A DNA stretch of 64,000 nucleotides from contig OZ024742.1 of assembly GCA_964016885.1 (NCBI GenBank), forward strand, positions 235,228,001 to 235,292,000, in the 5' to 3' direction. Positions 15,201 to 30,200 of the stretch are shown here, piece by piece. Each line of letters begins with the position of its first letter. Positions within the stretch are counted from its first letter, which is position 1. The notes beneath the pieces were generated by a model, which did not search any database, was not told the origin of the DNA, and worked only from the letters and a program-made list of their open reading frames with translations. Source of the DNA: Eledone cirrhosa. Lineage: Eukaryota. The position numbers and the translations under genes were made by a program.

Positions 15201-18200
15201 GTTCATTGTCAAAACTGATGGAGGATCCATTCATCTAGCCAATATAAATAGGATTATATATAGTGTATGTATTAATTGGGAAATGAAGGCCTGAGCACCA
15301 AATTGTTAGAAGCTTTCCTAAAATATGAGAAAAAAGAATTTCCAATCATTTGAAAAAAGATTGCTTTTGTCTGCTTTTTATGGGGATGGTTTTTGGGTTT
15401 TTTTTTTTTACACAAAAGTAGAACAAAATAGCCATTTTTTAAACTTAGAAATGAGAAAAACCAAAGGTAAAGTAGTAAATAACAATAATATTATTCAGTA
15501 TCGGTAGATGATCGGACACCATGCTTTGACGCATAGAGTTACGGCCCTTGCCATTCTGAGTTCAAATCCCGTCGAGATTAACTTTGCCTTTCATCCTTAC
15601 GGGGTCGATAAAATAAAGTACCAGTAATGCACTGGGATAATTGCTGGCCTTGTGCCAAAAGTAGAAACAATTATTAATGTTCGACTTGTTTGTAAGCAAA
15701 CAACCTCTTTAACACATGTTTTCTAAATGACGTCATCCCTCTGTTCCAGCAGTAGCTGAGAGAAACCAGTCGACAATTGTTTCGGAGTTGTTGCTCCTTA
15801 TTGAGACTTTGTATTCTTGTTGCTATCCGCTGGAACTGTTGAGAATACATAGTATTCTCAAATGTATACATCTACTGATTAGCCTAATTTGCATACAAAG
15901 CAATTTTCCAGTCATCTAAAAAACACACATGTTGTTAATGAGGCTGTTTGCTTGCAAACAAATTGAATATTATTATTATATTATTGTTATTCACTCACTA
16001 ATACTTTAGGTATCCACCATGTTAGAGCGAAAACAAATTTTGTTTTTGTCCTTATCTGTTAGTGTCCATTCCTGAATTATTATTTTTCTTATTCAGATAT
16101 ATAATTCATCATCATCAACATCATCGTTTAATGTCCATCTTCCACGCTTGCATGGGTTTGGACGGGAGTTTTCCCACTTGAGGCAAGATTGGTTGTCCTG
16201 CTCGTATAGGACTGTCTGGCGGGTTTTCTACGGCTGGATGCCCTTCCTAACACCAACCACGTTTACAGTGTGGACTGGGAGCTTTTTACCGTGTTACCTA
16301 CATGGCCACATTACAGCGTGGACTGTGTGTTTTTTTTGTCGTGACACCTACACGACCTCATTTGTTTCGGACTGTATGTTGTGGTACCAACATAACTTCA
16401 CATTTAAGGGGGTAGTGTGGATGGGGTAGGGTAGTGGGACGGGGTGTATTTTGTTAGAGGTGCCTACTGACTGTAGGTTTCGCTTTGTACTTAGGCAAGG
16501 CGGGTCTTCTATATAACTGTGTAGCGCCAAAGATCTCGGTCCAATGACATTGTCTTGGAGAGGTGAAAGTATGTGAGGTCGGAATTTATCAAGTCGTCCC
16601 AGGTTTTTCTGGGTCTGCCTACTCCGTGGCAACCGTCTATTTTGATCGCCCTGCACTTTTTTATACAGCTGTCGTCTTTCATGTGCATCACGTGACCATA
16701 CCAACGTAGTCTTCTCTCGAGTAAACAACATCTGATCCCTCTTATTCCTAATTTCTCCCTTAGTTCGTTTATGCTTTGCCGTTCACGTATATTACTATTA
16801 CACATCCAGCGGAGCATGCAAGCTTCGTTTCTCTCCAGTCTGCGTATATATCCTCTGCACACAATGCCCAGGTCTCACTGCCATGTAACATTGCTATTCG
16901 TATGCAGGCATCATACAGCCTGCCTTTCATTTTTAGAGAGAACCCTTTAGCGGCCAATAGTGGTATAAGCTCTCTGAACTTTTTCCATCCCGTTCTGACT
17001 CTAGCTACTGTACTTTCAGAGCACGCTCTTCATTTCAAATAAAATGGGTTTTCTTCAGTTACCACATAACAGAGTGAATGAACATAGGGTGTTTGGACCA
17101 TAATTGTTATGTTGTGAGTTGGATTCCTTGCAGCATGTGGTGTCTGAAAGCAGGTCACTTTATTTTACATTGCTCCAGTCAACTAACTGGAGAAAATGTG
17201 ACATACCTGTAATTCAAAGAGCCAACTATGTCACACAGTGTCATGTTATGTCTCCCTGAGAGCTACATTAAGAATATACATATATGTGGAATGCTCAGTA
17301 ACTTGCATGTTAATCTCATGAGCAAATTATTCTGTTGATTCATCAACTGGAACCAACAGAGGGCCCACACACGTAATAGAGTATAAATTTTGGAGTGAAT
17401 CTTGCTAGTTGGTCAACAAAAAGAAAAACTATATCAATATGTGTGTGTATATATATATATAGTTATACTTGGGGAGGGTCACATTGTTATAATATTGCCA
17501 GAAATAATAATTATATATATATAATCATTATCACTGTTTAATGTCTACTTTCCATGCTTGCATGGGTTAGACAAGTGAGGTCAGATCATGTGACTGCGTC
17601 ATGCTCATACAAAACTGTTTCTGACTTGGTTTTTACTGCTGGATGCCCTTCCTAACACTAACTATATTACAGCCTGGACTGGATGCTTTTTATTGTGGCA
17701 CCAAAACAACCATCTGACAGAGTAGATTGGGTGTTTTTTATGATGGTACCAGCACAACCACCTTGAGAGTAGATTGGGTGCCTTTTATTGTGTCACCTAC
17801 ACGATCACCACATAGGGTAGACTGAGTGCTTTTTGTATTTTGTCATGGCAGCAGCAGCACTGTGGGGGAGCATGTTCAGCTATCCATGCTTGTATGCATT
17901 GATAGGATATGAAGTGTATCAAGGGTGTAAATGGCAGAGGTTAGGGGAGCTGGGTGGAGTGTGTATGCAGGATGGGAATGGGGGTTGTGAGTGAGGTCTA
18001 AGGTAGCATACTTCCTTCAACTTTGAGCAGCCTGTACTTTTTTTATACAACTTCCCTAGTGCTGGTATCACGATAAAACACCCAGTACACTCTGCAGAGT
18101 ATGGGAACATATGTAAGCAAGAGGACTCTTCACTTGTGTCATAAATATGACAACCACCCTAGTGCTGGTGCCATAAAATGTACCCAAGATATGCTGTAGA

Positions 18201-21200
18201 AAGTGGGTGCACATGTAAACTAGATGCCCCTGTCTAGGTACTGACTTGTTCTGTGATGACTCGTCAAAGGCAAGGCAACCTCCCTAGAGTTAGTGCCACA
18301 ATAAAATGCACCCAGTACACTCTGCAAGCAAGATGCACACCAGGCTTGTCTGAGAGTTCTGTAGCTCCAGCGAAGTACTGACTTGGTCTGTGGCAACCCA
18401 TCTAACTCTTGCTAGCTAAAAAAGGAAAGACATTAAATAATGATGATGAAGGTAACTCAAACACACCAGCACACATTCACAATACATGAAGAAAGCTTTC
18501 CAATAAGAAATATTCTTAGTAAAATCTGTTAGATACAGAGCACAGTATTTTAAGTGATATCCAAGTTATCCATAGTAACCACTAATAATAAATCATCATC
18601 ACACTCACCATTTTATATCTGTGTGGGTTGGAAAGGTTGTCATATTCTGCAACTAGACAGGTCAGATGACCATGTGTTGCATTTCAGTTTGGAATGGTTT
18701 CTACAGCTGGATGCCCTCCAAATTCTTCATTAAATAATCAAAATACAGTGTATATAGTAAACTCTGTAAAGTTTTAGTGCTGGCAGTATGAAAAAATGCA
18801 CTCAATATACTCTGTAAAGTAGTTGACATTAGGGAAGGAATCTACCCATAAAAACCATGTCAAATGGAACATAACAGTAAGATGTGATTCTCCAACCTGT
18901 CTAGCCTCAGGCCGTAATGACCTGTCCAACCCATGCCAGCACAGAAAGTGAATGTTAAATGATGATGACAATGAATGCCATTAGAAAGTCAGGAGAGAGT
19001 TAAAAGAACTAATCACTAAATACTTTCAAGAAAAGAGGTTTAAATAGTTTAAATGAATCCATGACTTCCTTCATTTTGTTGAATAAAATATTTTCACCTT
19101 GCAATCATAAAATGGTGTATGACATTTTCTCATATTATCATAAATAGGATGTTTTTCTTCTTCCTATAACAGATTGTTGTTGTATAGCCCTAAATCAACC
19201 ATGATTGAGCAAGCATATGACCAAAGAGAATGTCATTTTCTAATGGAGTTTTTCTGCTTTATCTAAAACAGGGGTCTCAAATGCACAGCCCACAGACTAC
19301 TCTAAATAATATTTATAGTACAATTTATTACAATTTATCCGTGAAATACAATAAAATGGAAAAAACAGAATTTATCAAAATTGAAATCTGAAAAAACGGA
19401 ATTTACCAAAATTAAAATTAAGAAAAATTAGAAACACAAAATTTGTCCCCCCACATTTTGTACTAAATCACATATCCCACTTACTGTGGGATACGTGTTT
19501 CATTTTTATGAAATAAATAACAACCTATCAGCTGTATTGCAGATTAGCATTATAACTGGTGGAAATCAGTCTCCACTCCATCTCACTTTTGGCCCTCTGT
19601 GCCTCTTCCCCCATGATGTAATGGCCCTTTTGAGTCCATGAATTTGAGATCTAAAGTAAGGAAAATTTGGCCACTATGTTTAGTAGGCTCGTTTGTTGGC
19701 TGAGTAACTGGGTTATATCAACAGAATAATGGTTTCTGATTTAGGCACAAGGACAACATTTTGGGGTAAGGGAAAGTTGATTAAATTGACCCTAGTGCAT
19801 TACTGGTACTTTATTTTATCAACCATGAGGATGAAAGGCAAAGCTAACCTCGGCGGGATTCGAACTCAGAACGTAATGGGCCACAACTCTATGTCGCTTA
19901 GCATGTCCAATGCTCTACCGATTCTGCCAATCAACATAGAATAATGTAATGAAAATATAATATCATTACAATAACTAATATTATTTTAATAATTTTGGCA
20001 AATACAGGAGAAAACTCCTCAGCAAAACAGACTTTATTCCACATAAAAAAATCTCTCATTAGATTTTTTTTTGTTCTCATTTATTATACATTTGCAGAGA
20101 AGTCCTGATATACATAATTGTGTACTGAACCTCCATTGGTTCCAATGAGGGTTCCTGTTGTTTGAACAGCTTGCTAATGAAATTAATGTGCAAGTGACTG
20201 ATATGTTTAACAAATTTCAAGGAAATTCAGCATGACATAGAATGTAACAAAGATGGTTCTTTGAATCATTGGTACAATACATTTTTTTCAGCTGAGTGGA
20301 CTGGGACAGCATGAAAAAGTGTCTTGCTAAGGACACAATGCATCACCAAGAATTGGACTCATGACCCTACACACATGAAATGAACCTTCTCACCACTAAG
20401 CCATGCACTTCAACTACTCTAAAATACAAAACTGTATACTATTCCACCTAAGACCAATTGATCCAGCTATTCTTCTTTATCTCATTATCTCTACTGTGTT
20501 TCATCCTCAAAGCTCTCCACTAAAAACTTTGCTCAAACTTCAAAACTGCAACCTGCTGGAATTCCCAAATATACCTGTGTGGTCCCTATAATGATCAACC
20601 TGTAGAGATATAAGCTGAACATCAATAGCATCAATATCAAGAAACAGGGATTATCGTCACCAACTTTAAGCATAAAAAACAAACAAAATGCTAAGAGACA
20701 AGTGAACAAGAATGGGCAATAAGTATTGGGTGACAATGTGTCATGTGCTGACAGCAAGAGGTATTTACAGCACAGGAAGACTAAAAAAGGAAACAGAAAG
20801 GTTATGGTAGGAATTTAGGGTGTTAGACTTCAATAAGATGACAACCACTCTTAAGTAGCAATATACTATACAAGACAACCATACCAGCATTAAAAATAAA
20901 GCTGGCATATTAACACTCATGTTCTGAACCATATGAAACCACATTAGCAAGACATTCTTGAAAAGTATAAAACAGCACTATAACTGCATCAGGTTAAAAA
21001 CTGAAGTCTTTACTCTAATACTGCAAATTTTCACAATGATCTGTCCATTAGTAAAGATACTATAAACTTTTGAAGAAATAAACCCATTTTTAGATATTCT
21101 TTTCTAATGATTCAGGATGTTATTGGTTAAATCAGAGTTTACAATAAGGAATAGGATTACTTACAATCTTCATCCTCTATAACAAGGCCAGCAAGAAGTT

Positions 21201-24200
21201 CTGTAATTTTATTTTTGGACCACGGTGTAGCATTTTTTTCAACCCTGAAAAATTAAAACAAAAAAAAAAAAAATGTAATAAAATATCTAATACGATTATA
21301 TTTACAACTAATTAGCATTATTTCCACACAAAATTAGCAATAATATTAATTATAATGAAATGAATATTTTAATTCAATCCAATATAGAATAAGTAATTTA
21401 TATATTGGCTGTAAATAAACACTGTTGAGAATAGAAAACCGTTTAGAATACAAGTGACCATTATTTCTTCAGATAAGTACACCAACCTTCTAAATGATAT
21501 TCATGTATTGTTGTTGTTACAGCTCACACTTATGCAGGTGTAGCTAGTATCCAACAAGGTTGTGTCTCGTAAGTTTTTTCAGGTATTTTAATGAAAAGCA
21601 AAATGAAATGAAGTAGATTGCTCAAAAACGCAACACAGTCCAGGAATGATCTCACAACCTTATTTCATATATAATTTTCCATATAACTCTCATTCAGAAG
21701 AGACCATTCTTATAAATATATTATTGAAACTTCTTTTAAGAAACAGTTAATGATTGATCCCATCTTAAGGTAGGCTTTTTCCATAGCATGGGATCAACCC
21801 AAGCCATCTGAGTGAAATTGGGTAGACAGAAAATGTGGAAGCTAAATGATAGGATTGTACTTGTAATTAAAAGATCCAAAGTTACCATATATCTGTCTAA
21901 TTCATATTAGAAAAGGCAATGAAGAGGATAGTAAATGGAGGTTTAACAGGTATATAATGAGTGAAAGAACCAGTGAAGGTATATTATACACCCTAGGCAC
22001 AATCACACACCAACATATCATTGTGATACCTACACGACCACATTAGTGTGGGCTGGGTGCTTTTTGTCGTGTTACCATCACAACCACTTTACAGTGTGAA
22101 GATTAGATAAGTAGGTATATGGGTGTATGTAAGGAACAGAGTCGTAGGACATGGGAGATGTGTAGGAGAAGGGTAAATACTATGTATGCTTCAGCCTGTA
22201 CTCATGAGAAGGCAGGTCTTCTGTATTACTGCATAATGCCAGAGATCATGGTCCTGTGTCATTGCATTTGAGAGGTGCAATTGTGGAAGGTCAGCTTTTA
22301 TCACCTCATCCCAAGTCTTCATACTCCATGGCTTCCATCAACTTAGAGCAATAAGCATCTTTTTATACAGCTGTCATACTTCATACGCACCGCAGTCTCC
22401 TTTCCTGCACACTGCATCGAATTCCTCTTATGCCTAGTTTCTCTCTCAGTTCGTTTATGCTTTGCCATTTCTGTATATTACTATTACATATCCATGGGAG
22501 CATGCAAGCTTCGTTCCTTCCCAATCTGCGTAAGTCTTCTGCACACAGCACCCAGGTATCATTGCCATGCAACATTGCTGCTCGTATACATGTGTTATCT
22601 AGTCTGCCTTTCATTTTGAGGGAAAAACCTTTTGTAATTCCCTGAACTTCTTCCATCCTGTCCTCACTCTGGCTACTGTACTACATCTCTTGTGTACCCA
22701 TAGTTTGCATTGGGACAGTGGATGGAATTTCTACCTACACCTTTCCTACACACTGAGCAAGGCCATTTCTCCAAGGGGATCATAGATCTATTTTCCCTTC
22801 TATTTACTAGGACTCTAGTCTTTGTCAGGTTCACTTTAAAACCCATGTTTGGAATTTCTACTCTAATTCTGCCATAGATCCAGCTATGAGTGTGAGATCA
22901 TCTCCATACAGGAATTCCCATGGGCAGCCGGTCTTCAACGCCTCTCTTATAGCATGCAGCACGATAATAAACAGGAGAGGGCTAAGGACAGATATATATA
23001 TTAGATTGACTTCTTGCTAGTTAGGCAGCGAGACAGACAGATGGTGTCAAATACTAAGGCATACCCTGAGGAAGAATGTACCCCACAGCATAGGTTAGTC
23101 ATTAGTGACATCTCAGTAAGCAAGAGACAGAATGAGACATACAGGAAGGTGTGGAAAAGAAAGGTCTGGAAGATAAAAGACCTTTCACTAAAATATAAAT
23201 TTAGGAAAGCCCTTCAAAATGTGTATGACGAAAAAGAAGACGATTTAGAGTCGTTTGACATAGATGATAACTGGAATTTCTTACGTGACAACTTACTGTA
23301 GGCTACTGAAAAAACTTGTGGTTGGAGCAGATCTCCAACCAGACAGGGAGTGACATGGTGGTGGAACAGCATGGTAGATAGGGCCATTAGAGACAAAAGA
23401 CTAGCATGGAACGCTTGGAAAAATGGTGGGAGTAGAGAAGGATACACAGCTGCTAATAGAGAAGCTAGACGTCAGGTGTACTTAACACGCAGGGAGGGTG
23501 AGAGAAGGAAGTTTGCCAATGTTCTGTGACGGGAAGATCACAGACGTGCGGTGTTCCGCATTGCAAAGCAGTGTGTCAATGCAAATCAGGATGTTGTTGG
23601 AGATAAGTGTGTCCGGAATGATGCTGGTGTACTTAGTGTCACGAATGATCAAAAAAAGGAGGCCTGGAAATGTCATTATGAGAGACTGATGAATGTGGAG
23701 AATGAATGGGAGAGAGAGAAATTAAGCCCTAGTAGACCCGATAGAGGGACCAGCTATTGAGATTGACGAATATGGGGTCCAAGAAGCAATTAAGGAAATG
23801 TAAAATGGTAAGGCCGCTGGACCGTCAGGGATAGTTGCTGAGATGCTGAAGGCATCAGAAGTAGACACTAAACTGGTTGAACGCATCATCAATCAAGCTA
23901 TATATGGCGGTGTCATACCCAAAGACTGGTGCAGTAGTATTCTCATAAATTGCTACAAAGGTAAAGGGGATGCTCTGGAGAGGAGCAATTATAGGATCAG
24001 GTTATGAAAGTGGCAGAGAGAATATTAGCGCAACTGATTAGAGAAAGGGTCAAATTAGATGAGATGCAGTTTGGTTTTGTGCCTGGGAAAAGTACAACAG
24101 ATGCCCTCTTCTTAGTGAGACAACTACAAGATAGGGTCTCAGAGAAGAATAAGCCATTATACTTAGCTTTTGTTGACCTAGAGAAGGCCTTTGATAGAGT

Positions 24201-27200
24201 ACCCCTATCTGTCAGTTGGTGGTCCCTAAGGAAACTAGGTGTAGATGAATGGCTTATGAGGATAGTGCAAGCTATGTACAAAGGAGCTGTCAATAAAGTG
24301 AGAGTTTAGTGAGGAATTCCAGATATAAGTAGTAGTACATCAAGGTTCGGTCCTCAGCCCACTCTTGTTCATTATAGTCCTCCAAGCCATAACAGAGGAG
24401 TTTAAGAGTGGCTGTCCATGGGAACTTCTCTATGCTGACGATCTGGTTCTTATAGCAGAATCATTAGAGGAGCTAGAGAAGAAATTCTGGCTATGGAAAC
24501 AGCAGTTGGAATCAAGAGGACAGAGTGAACATAGCTAAGACAAAAGTGTTGATAAGTAGAAAAGAGGACAAAACTCTGATTCCATCAGGGAAATGGCTAT
24601 GTTCGATATATAGAAAAGAAACTGGCATAAATTCCATAAAATGTACACAATGCAGATCCTGGGTACACAAGAGATGTAGCGGGATAGCAGGCAAACTAAC
24701 AGGTAGGGAGAAATACGTATGCAGTAGATGTACAGGGAAATTTGACAGTAGAAGTCGCAGTGATAGACACATTTTTCAAATGGAGGTGGGTTCTATAGCT
24801 TCCGGTACCTAGGTGATCAGATTAGCATGGGAGGGGGGTGTTCCAAGGCCATAGTATCTAGAATAAGGACTGGTTGGAAGAAGTTTAGGGAGCTGCTTCC
24901 TCTGTTGACAAAGAAGGGTTTCTCCCTGCGTACGAAAGGTCGGTTATATGATTCCTGTGTGAGATGCGCGATGCTGCATGGTAGTGAGACATGGGCAGCA
25001 ACTACAGAGGATATGTGACGGCTAGAGAGAAACGAAGCAAGCATGCTCCATTGGATGTGCAATGTCAATGTGTGCGAACGACCAAGCATAGATGAGTTGA
25101 GAGAGAAACTGTATAAGAGGGATAAGTTGTGGTGTGTGGGAGAGCAGACTGAGATGGTATGGACATGTGATGCGCATGGAGGATGACCGCTGGGTAAAGA
25201 AGTGCCAAGAAATCCCAGTAGAAGGAAGGCGCAGTAGAGAAAGACCACGAAAAACATGGGCGGAGGTGGTGCGAGCAGACCTCAGATCGCTGATGCTCAG
25301 AGGAGATGACGAAGGACCGTGACAAGTGGAGAGATGTTGTGCTGAATAGGACCCATCCCACCCTTGCAAGCAGGGAAAAGCGGACGTAAAATGATGATGA
25401 TACACACACCAATTCTTATAGCCCTCCTGGAGTCCACATTGAAATGTGCTGATGTCTTTTCATAAAACTTTGTTTACCTATCTTTTCCAATAAACCTTTT
25501 AAAATTATTTTCAGTTTTTCTGAATTTTTAAAATTGTAAAAATAATTTAAGACCACCCTGTGTATATATATCTTATTAACCCTTTAGCCTTTACAGTACT
25601 CTATATTTACTATTGTATTTTCACGAGAAATACTTTATTTCAAATAATTATCTCACATAATATCGAATCTATGAGATTTTAATATTTATTTTGAGAACAA
25701 TACCTTAATATAAGTATGAGCAGCTGGTTATGGCCAGTTTGAACAGAAAGAGGTGAGAGAATTCTGGCCGGATATGGCCGGTTTAAATGCTAAAAGGTTA
25801 ATGTCTCAACACAGTTGATCGTTACATTAGGTTACTTACATCAGCCATCGTATCTAATTGCTTGCAAAAAGTATCCCCATGAAACCATAAAACATTATGG
25901 TTAATGCAGGGGCATGTTTTGAAACCTATGGTAGCAATCAACAGATATTAACATTTCAGTTCTGTAGATAATATAGAGTGCTCATGACATAACATACACC
26001 CACATCTATATCTTATCAGATCAAATCCTAACAGCTTTGGCTGCTATTTACTCACTCAATGATTTTATAATTATGTTATGTATACCAACATTAGTATATA
26101 AACAGTTACGTGTATCATCATCATCATCATCAACGTTTAACGTCCGTGTTCCACGCTTGCATGGGTTTGGACGGGGGTAGTCCCACTTGAGGCAAGAGTG
26201 ATTGTCTTGCTCGCATAGGACTGTCTGGCAGGTTTTCTACAGTTGGATGCCCTTCCTAACACCAACCACATTTACAGTGTGGGTCTGGGAGGTTTTTACC
26301 GTGTTGCCTACACGGCCACATTACAGCGTGGACTGTGTTTTTTTGTCGTGACACCTACACGATCTCATTTGTTTCGGCCTGGATGGCGCGGCACCAACAT
26401 AACTTTACATAGAACGGGGTGGTGTGGATGGGGTGGGGGTGGTGGGACGGGGTGTATTTTGTTAGAGATGCCTTCTGGCTGGAGTAGGTTTTACTATATA
26501 TTTGGGTAAGGCGGGTCTTCTCTGTTACTGAGTACCGCCAAAGGTCTCGGTCCAGTGACATTGTCTTGGAGAGGTGTAAGTGTGTGAGGTCGGAGTTTAT
26601 CAGCTCGTCCCAGGTTTTTCTAGGTCTGCCTATTCCGTGACTACCGTCTATCTTTATTGCCCTGCACTTTGTTATACAGCTATCGACTTTCATGCGCATC
26701 ACGTGTCCATACCAACGTAGCCTTCTCTCGAGTAAACAACATCTGATCCCTCTTATCTCTAATTTTTTCCTTAGTTCGTTTATGCTTTGCCGTTCACGTA
26801 TATTACTGTTACACATCCAGCGGAGCATGCAAGCTTCGTTCCTCTCTAGTCTGCGTATATCCTCTGCACACAATGCCCAGGTCTCACTGCCATGCAGCAT
26901 TGCTGTTCGTATGCAGGCATTGTACAACCTGCCTTTCATTTTTAGGGAGAACCCTTTAGCAGCTAATAGTGGTATAAGCTCTCTGAACTTTTTCCAACCA
27001 GTTCTGACTCTAGCTACAGTACTTTCAGAGCACCCTCCCCCACTGCTGATTTTATCGCCCAGGTAACGGAAGCTGTCCACTATTTGTGTGTTAAGTATAA
27101 TAAGTAATTAGCAAATAAATGGCTATGGCATGTTCAATAAGTAACGAGAAAATTTCAGGAGAGACATTATTTATTCTAAGCTTACAAAACTTCAAAATAA

Positions 27201-30200
27201 TGACCCCTCGCATCTACACACTTGCACAAACATCTTCCCCATTCCTGGAAGATCTCTTCTCAGTCCTTCTGCAATATCATCAAGAAATTAGCCAATGCCT
27301 CCTTCAGCTTCTATGTTGACTCAAATCTGATTCCCTGACACTGTCTTTCATGTGTAGGAACAGGAAGAAGTCATAAGGAGTCAAGTTGGGGCTGTAGTGT
27401 AGGTGCTGTACCACTTTCATGTCACTGTTGGTCATCCAGGTGGTCACCAGCATTGACTTATGGCATGAGGGATTGTCCTGGTGAAACCACCACTCTCCAG
27501 CCTTTTCTTCCTTATCCTCTGCCTGAATCTTATCAGACAGAAAAGATGGTTTGGCCCTCAAGCGCCCATTCAACATGAATTAGCCTTTGGGAGTTGAAGA
27601 AAGAAATAACCCTGGCCTTTTCTTGCAACCTGCTCATCTTTGCCTTCTTGGGTCTGGGGGAGGACACGTGCTTCCATACGAAACTACCTCTGGTCATTGA
27701 AGAGGATCTTTGGCATGGACTAGGCATAGACGTTGCAGAGCTCCAGATCTTTGATCAGAATTGTCTCCACTACGCTAATACTAATATCAACAGCTTCAGA
27801 TATGATCCTCATAGTAGCTCGACGCTCTTGCATCAGTAACCTTCAAACTTCTTCAATGTTTCCCCCTTTTGTGCACTGTTCAGTGTTCCAGATCTGCATT
27901 CATCTTCAATCTGTTCATTTCCTTCAAAAAATTGTTTAAACCATCTGTAGAAACTTGCTTTGCTCATCAATTCACCCCACAGGCCTTCAACATTCCATAG
28001 GCTTCTAGTTTGGTTTTTCTAAGTTTAACACAAAATTTAATTGCATAACATTACTCCATGTTTTCCTGTACCTTCCCATGTGTTGACAGATCGGCAAATT
28101 GGATTGCACAGGTTCTAACACTTACATTGTTGCACTACAACCTAGGCAGATAGGAAATTGCCAGTTAATCACTGTATACATCATATGCACGTCTACTTTA
28201 CCATGAAGTAGCATTCTGAATATTTAATGCCTCTCTTGAAATGTTCTCATTACTTATTGAACATACCTCATATATATATATATACAGTATATATAATCAT
28301 TATCATTTAACGTCTATTTTCCATGCTTGCAGATTTCTCAAGTTATGAGCACAAGTCAGGTCCAGAGACCATGTCTTACTCATATACATCTGTATTTTCG
28401 CTTGGTTTCTATGGCTGGATACACCTAACACCAACCACGTTAGTGTGGACTGTATATATGTATTTATTCACTAATGTTATTTCTTGAGTCAATGAAATTC
28501 ATATTTGCAGTTAAGTACATGTATATTTATTTATTTTCACTAATTTCTTTTGAATATAGTTACATCGCGTCAATTATCTTTCATTTTCATTGAATTTTTG
28601 TTAAAATTCACCCAGTACACGTTGCAGAGTGGTTGATGCTATAAACATCTAGCTGTAGGATTCATGACAAAATGTGAAACCCTAACCCTAACTCGTCTAA
28701 TACCTGAAAGTGGCAACCCGGCCAACCCATTCCAGCATGGTAAGCGGACATATAATGACGAGGAGAATGATAATATATGAATAAGGGGTACATTTATAGA
28801 AAATCACCTGCTGAAGTTCGCTAAAAAAATTAATTTTTAGCGAACTTCAGTTTCTTAAGTGTTTTCAACTTATCTGACATCTGACATGTTCGAATTCGAC
28901 GTTTTTTTCCACTCCAAAAAAGGAACTAGGGATCCTCTGATTTTTCAGTGGTGAGAATTTTCTATTTTAGATTTTTTTCGTTTATTTTCAACGAGTCTGA
29001 CATCCGACTTACTTACAAACGACTCCTTTTTCAGAAAACAGAGGAGGTGGTGATTCTCGGAGTTACAGATAAACAACCCACACCCATTTAAATATAAAGC
29101 ATCCGCTGAGGTTCACTAACCAAATTGTTTTTCCCTTGTTTTTTTTTTACGTGTATTTTCAACTAATCTGACTTCCGACATGCTCGCAATCGACAATTTT
29201 TTTTTTAAAGAAAACGGAATGGGATGTTAAGACAAACAACGCAAAAGTACTTAAAGAACTCGAAATTGCTTCTATCTTAGCAGCAGATTGATTCTGCAGT
29301 TTCAATTGAAGAAAGAAAATGATTTTCTATCATCTACACAGCGTGTCATCACTGATAAAGTAGTACTTATATAATTAATTATTCTCATAACAGCCATAGT
29401 GAAACAATCGCATGTTATTTATAAATCGCTATTTTTTATAAACGTCCGTTGCAACAATATATTATAGCGTTTGAGATCATTAAACAATGAAACATTCTAA
29501 AAAAAACAACAAAAAATATAACTCCGCAGATACGATTAGTCATACATGATATCAATGCTATGTTTTTAAAAAAGGTATAAAAGAATACAGAATATGAGGT
29601 TTGTGATTCACACAAATTGAAAACCAAACTAATAACATGAATTACTTTTTGTATTTTCAAACCTACACAAAAATTGATGTAAACGAATCCAATAAAATGT
29701 GATTTTCTTATTAATCTCTCACCGCACGTCCAAATTAAATCAACCCGTAAAAAAACATTGTAAATACCATCATTACATAAGTTAACTAATTCTATCACGG
29801 TTACATCATGCTTCAATAGATGACCAGAAAATGATCAAATCTAGCAAGACAAGCAATAAAATATGCACTGAAAAGGTTCGTGAATGTATTACTACTGCCC
29901 AATCAGAACTGTTGCACTCAAACGAAGACTTTTCTGGAAGTGATATATTTATAGAATGCTACAGAATATTCGAGAAATAATAAAAATAAAAACCCCTAAA
30001 AGGAATATGAATGGACATTCGGTTTGTCATTAAATTACAGCAACACTCTATTGGTAGGTAGATTTAAGGTTTCGTCTTTCTGTTTAACTAAGAGATGGAC
30101 GACCGAGTAATGGACAATAGAGACGAAATCGGATCTCTATTAATGAATTGATAATTAAGTTGGATACGATGCTAAGTAACTTTAATAAAGGCAATCAGCA

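Noticed and set aside
17640-18330. Regularly recurring cacccagtacactctg units resembling a CRISPR-like array
   Set aside because: Irregular spacing, degenerate units in both orientations, derived from SINE internal repeats, and eukaryotic context with no cas genes.
29436-29816. 126-aa ORF in AHSA1 intron 1
   Set aside because: AT-rich, no recognisable motif, non-ATG start, and not needed for the AHSA1 reading frame.
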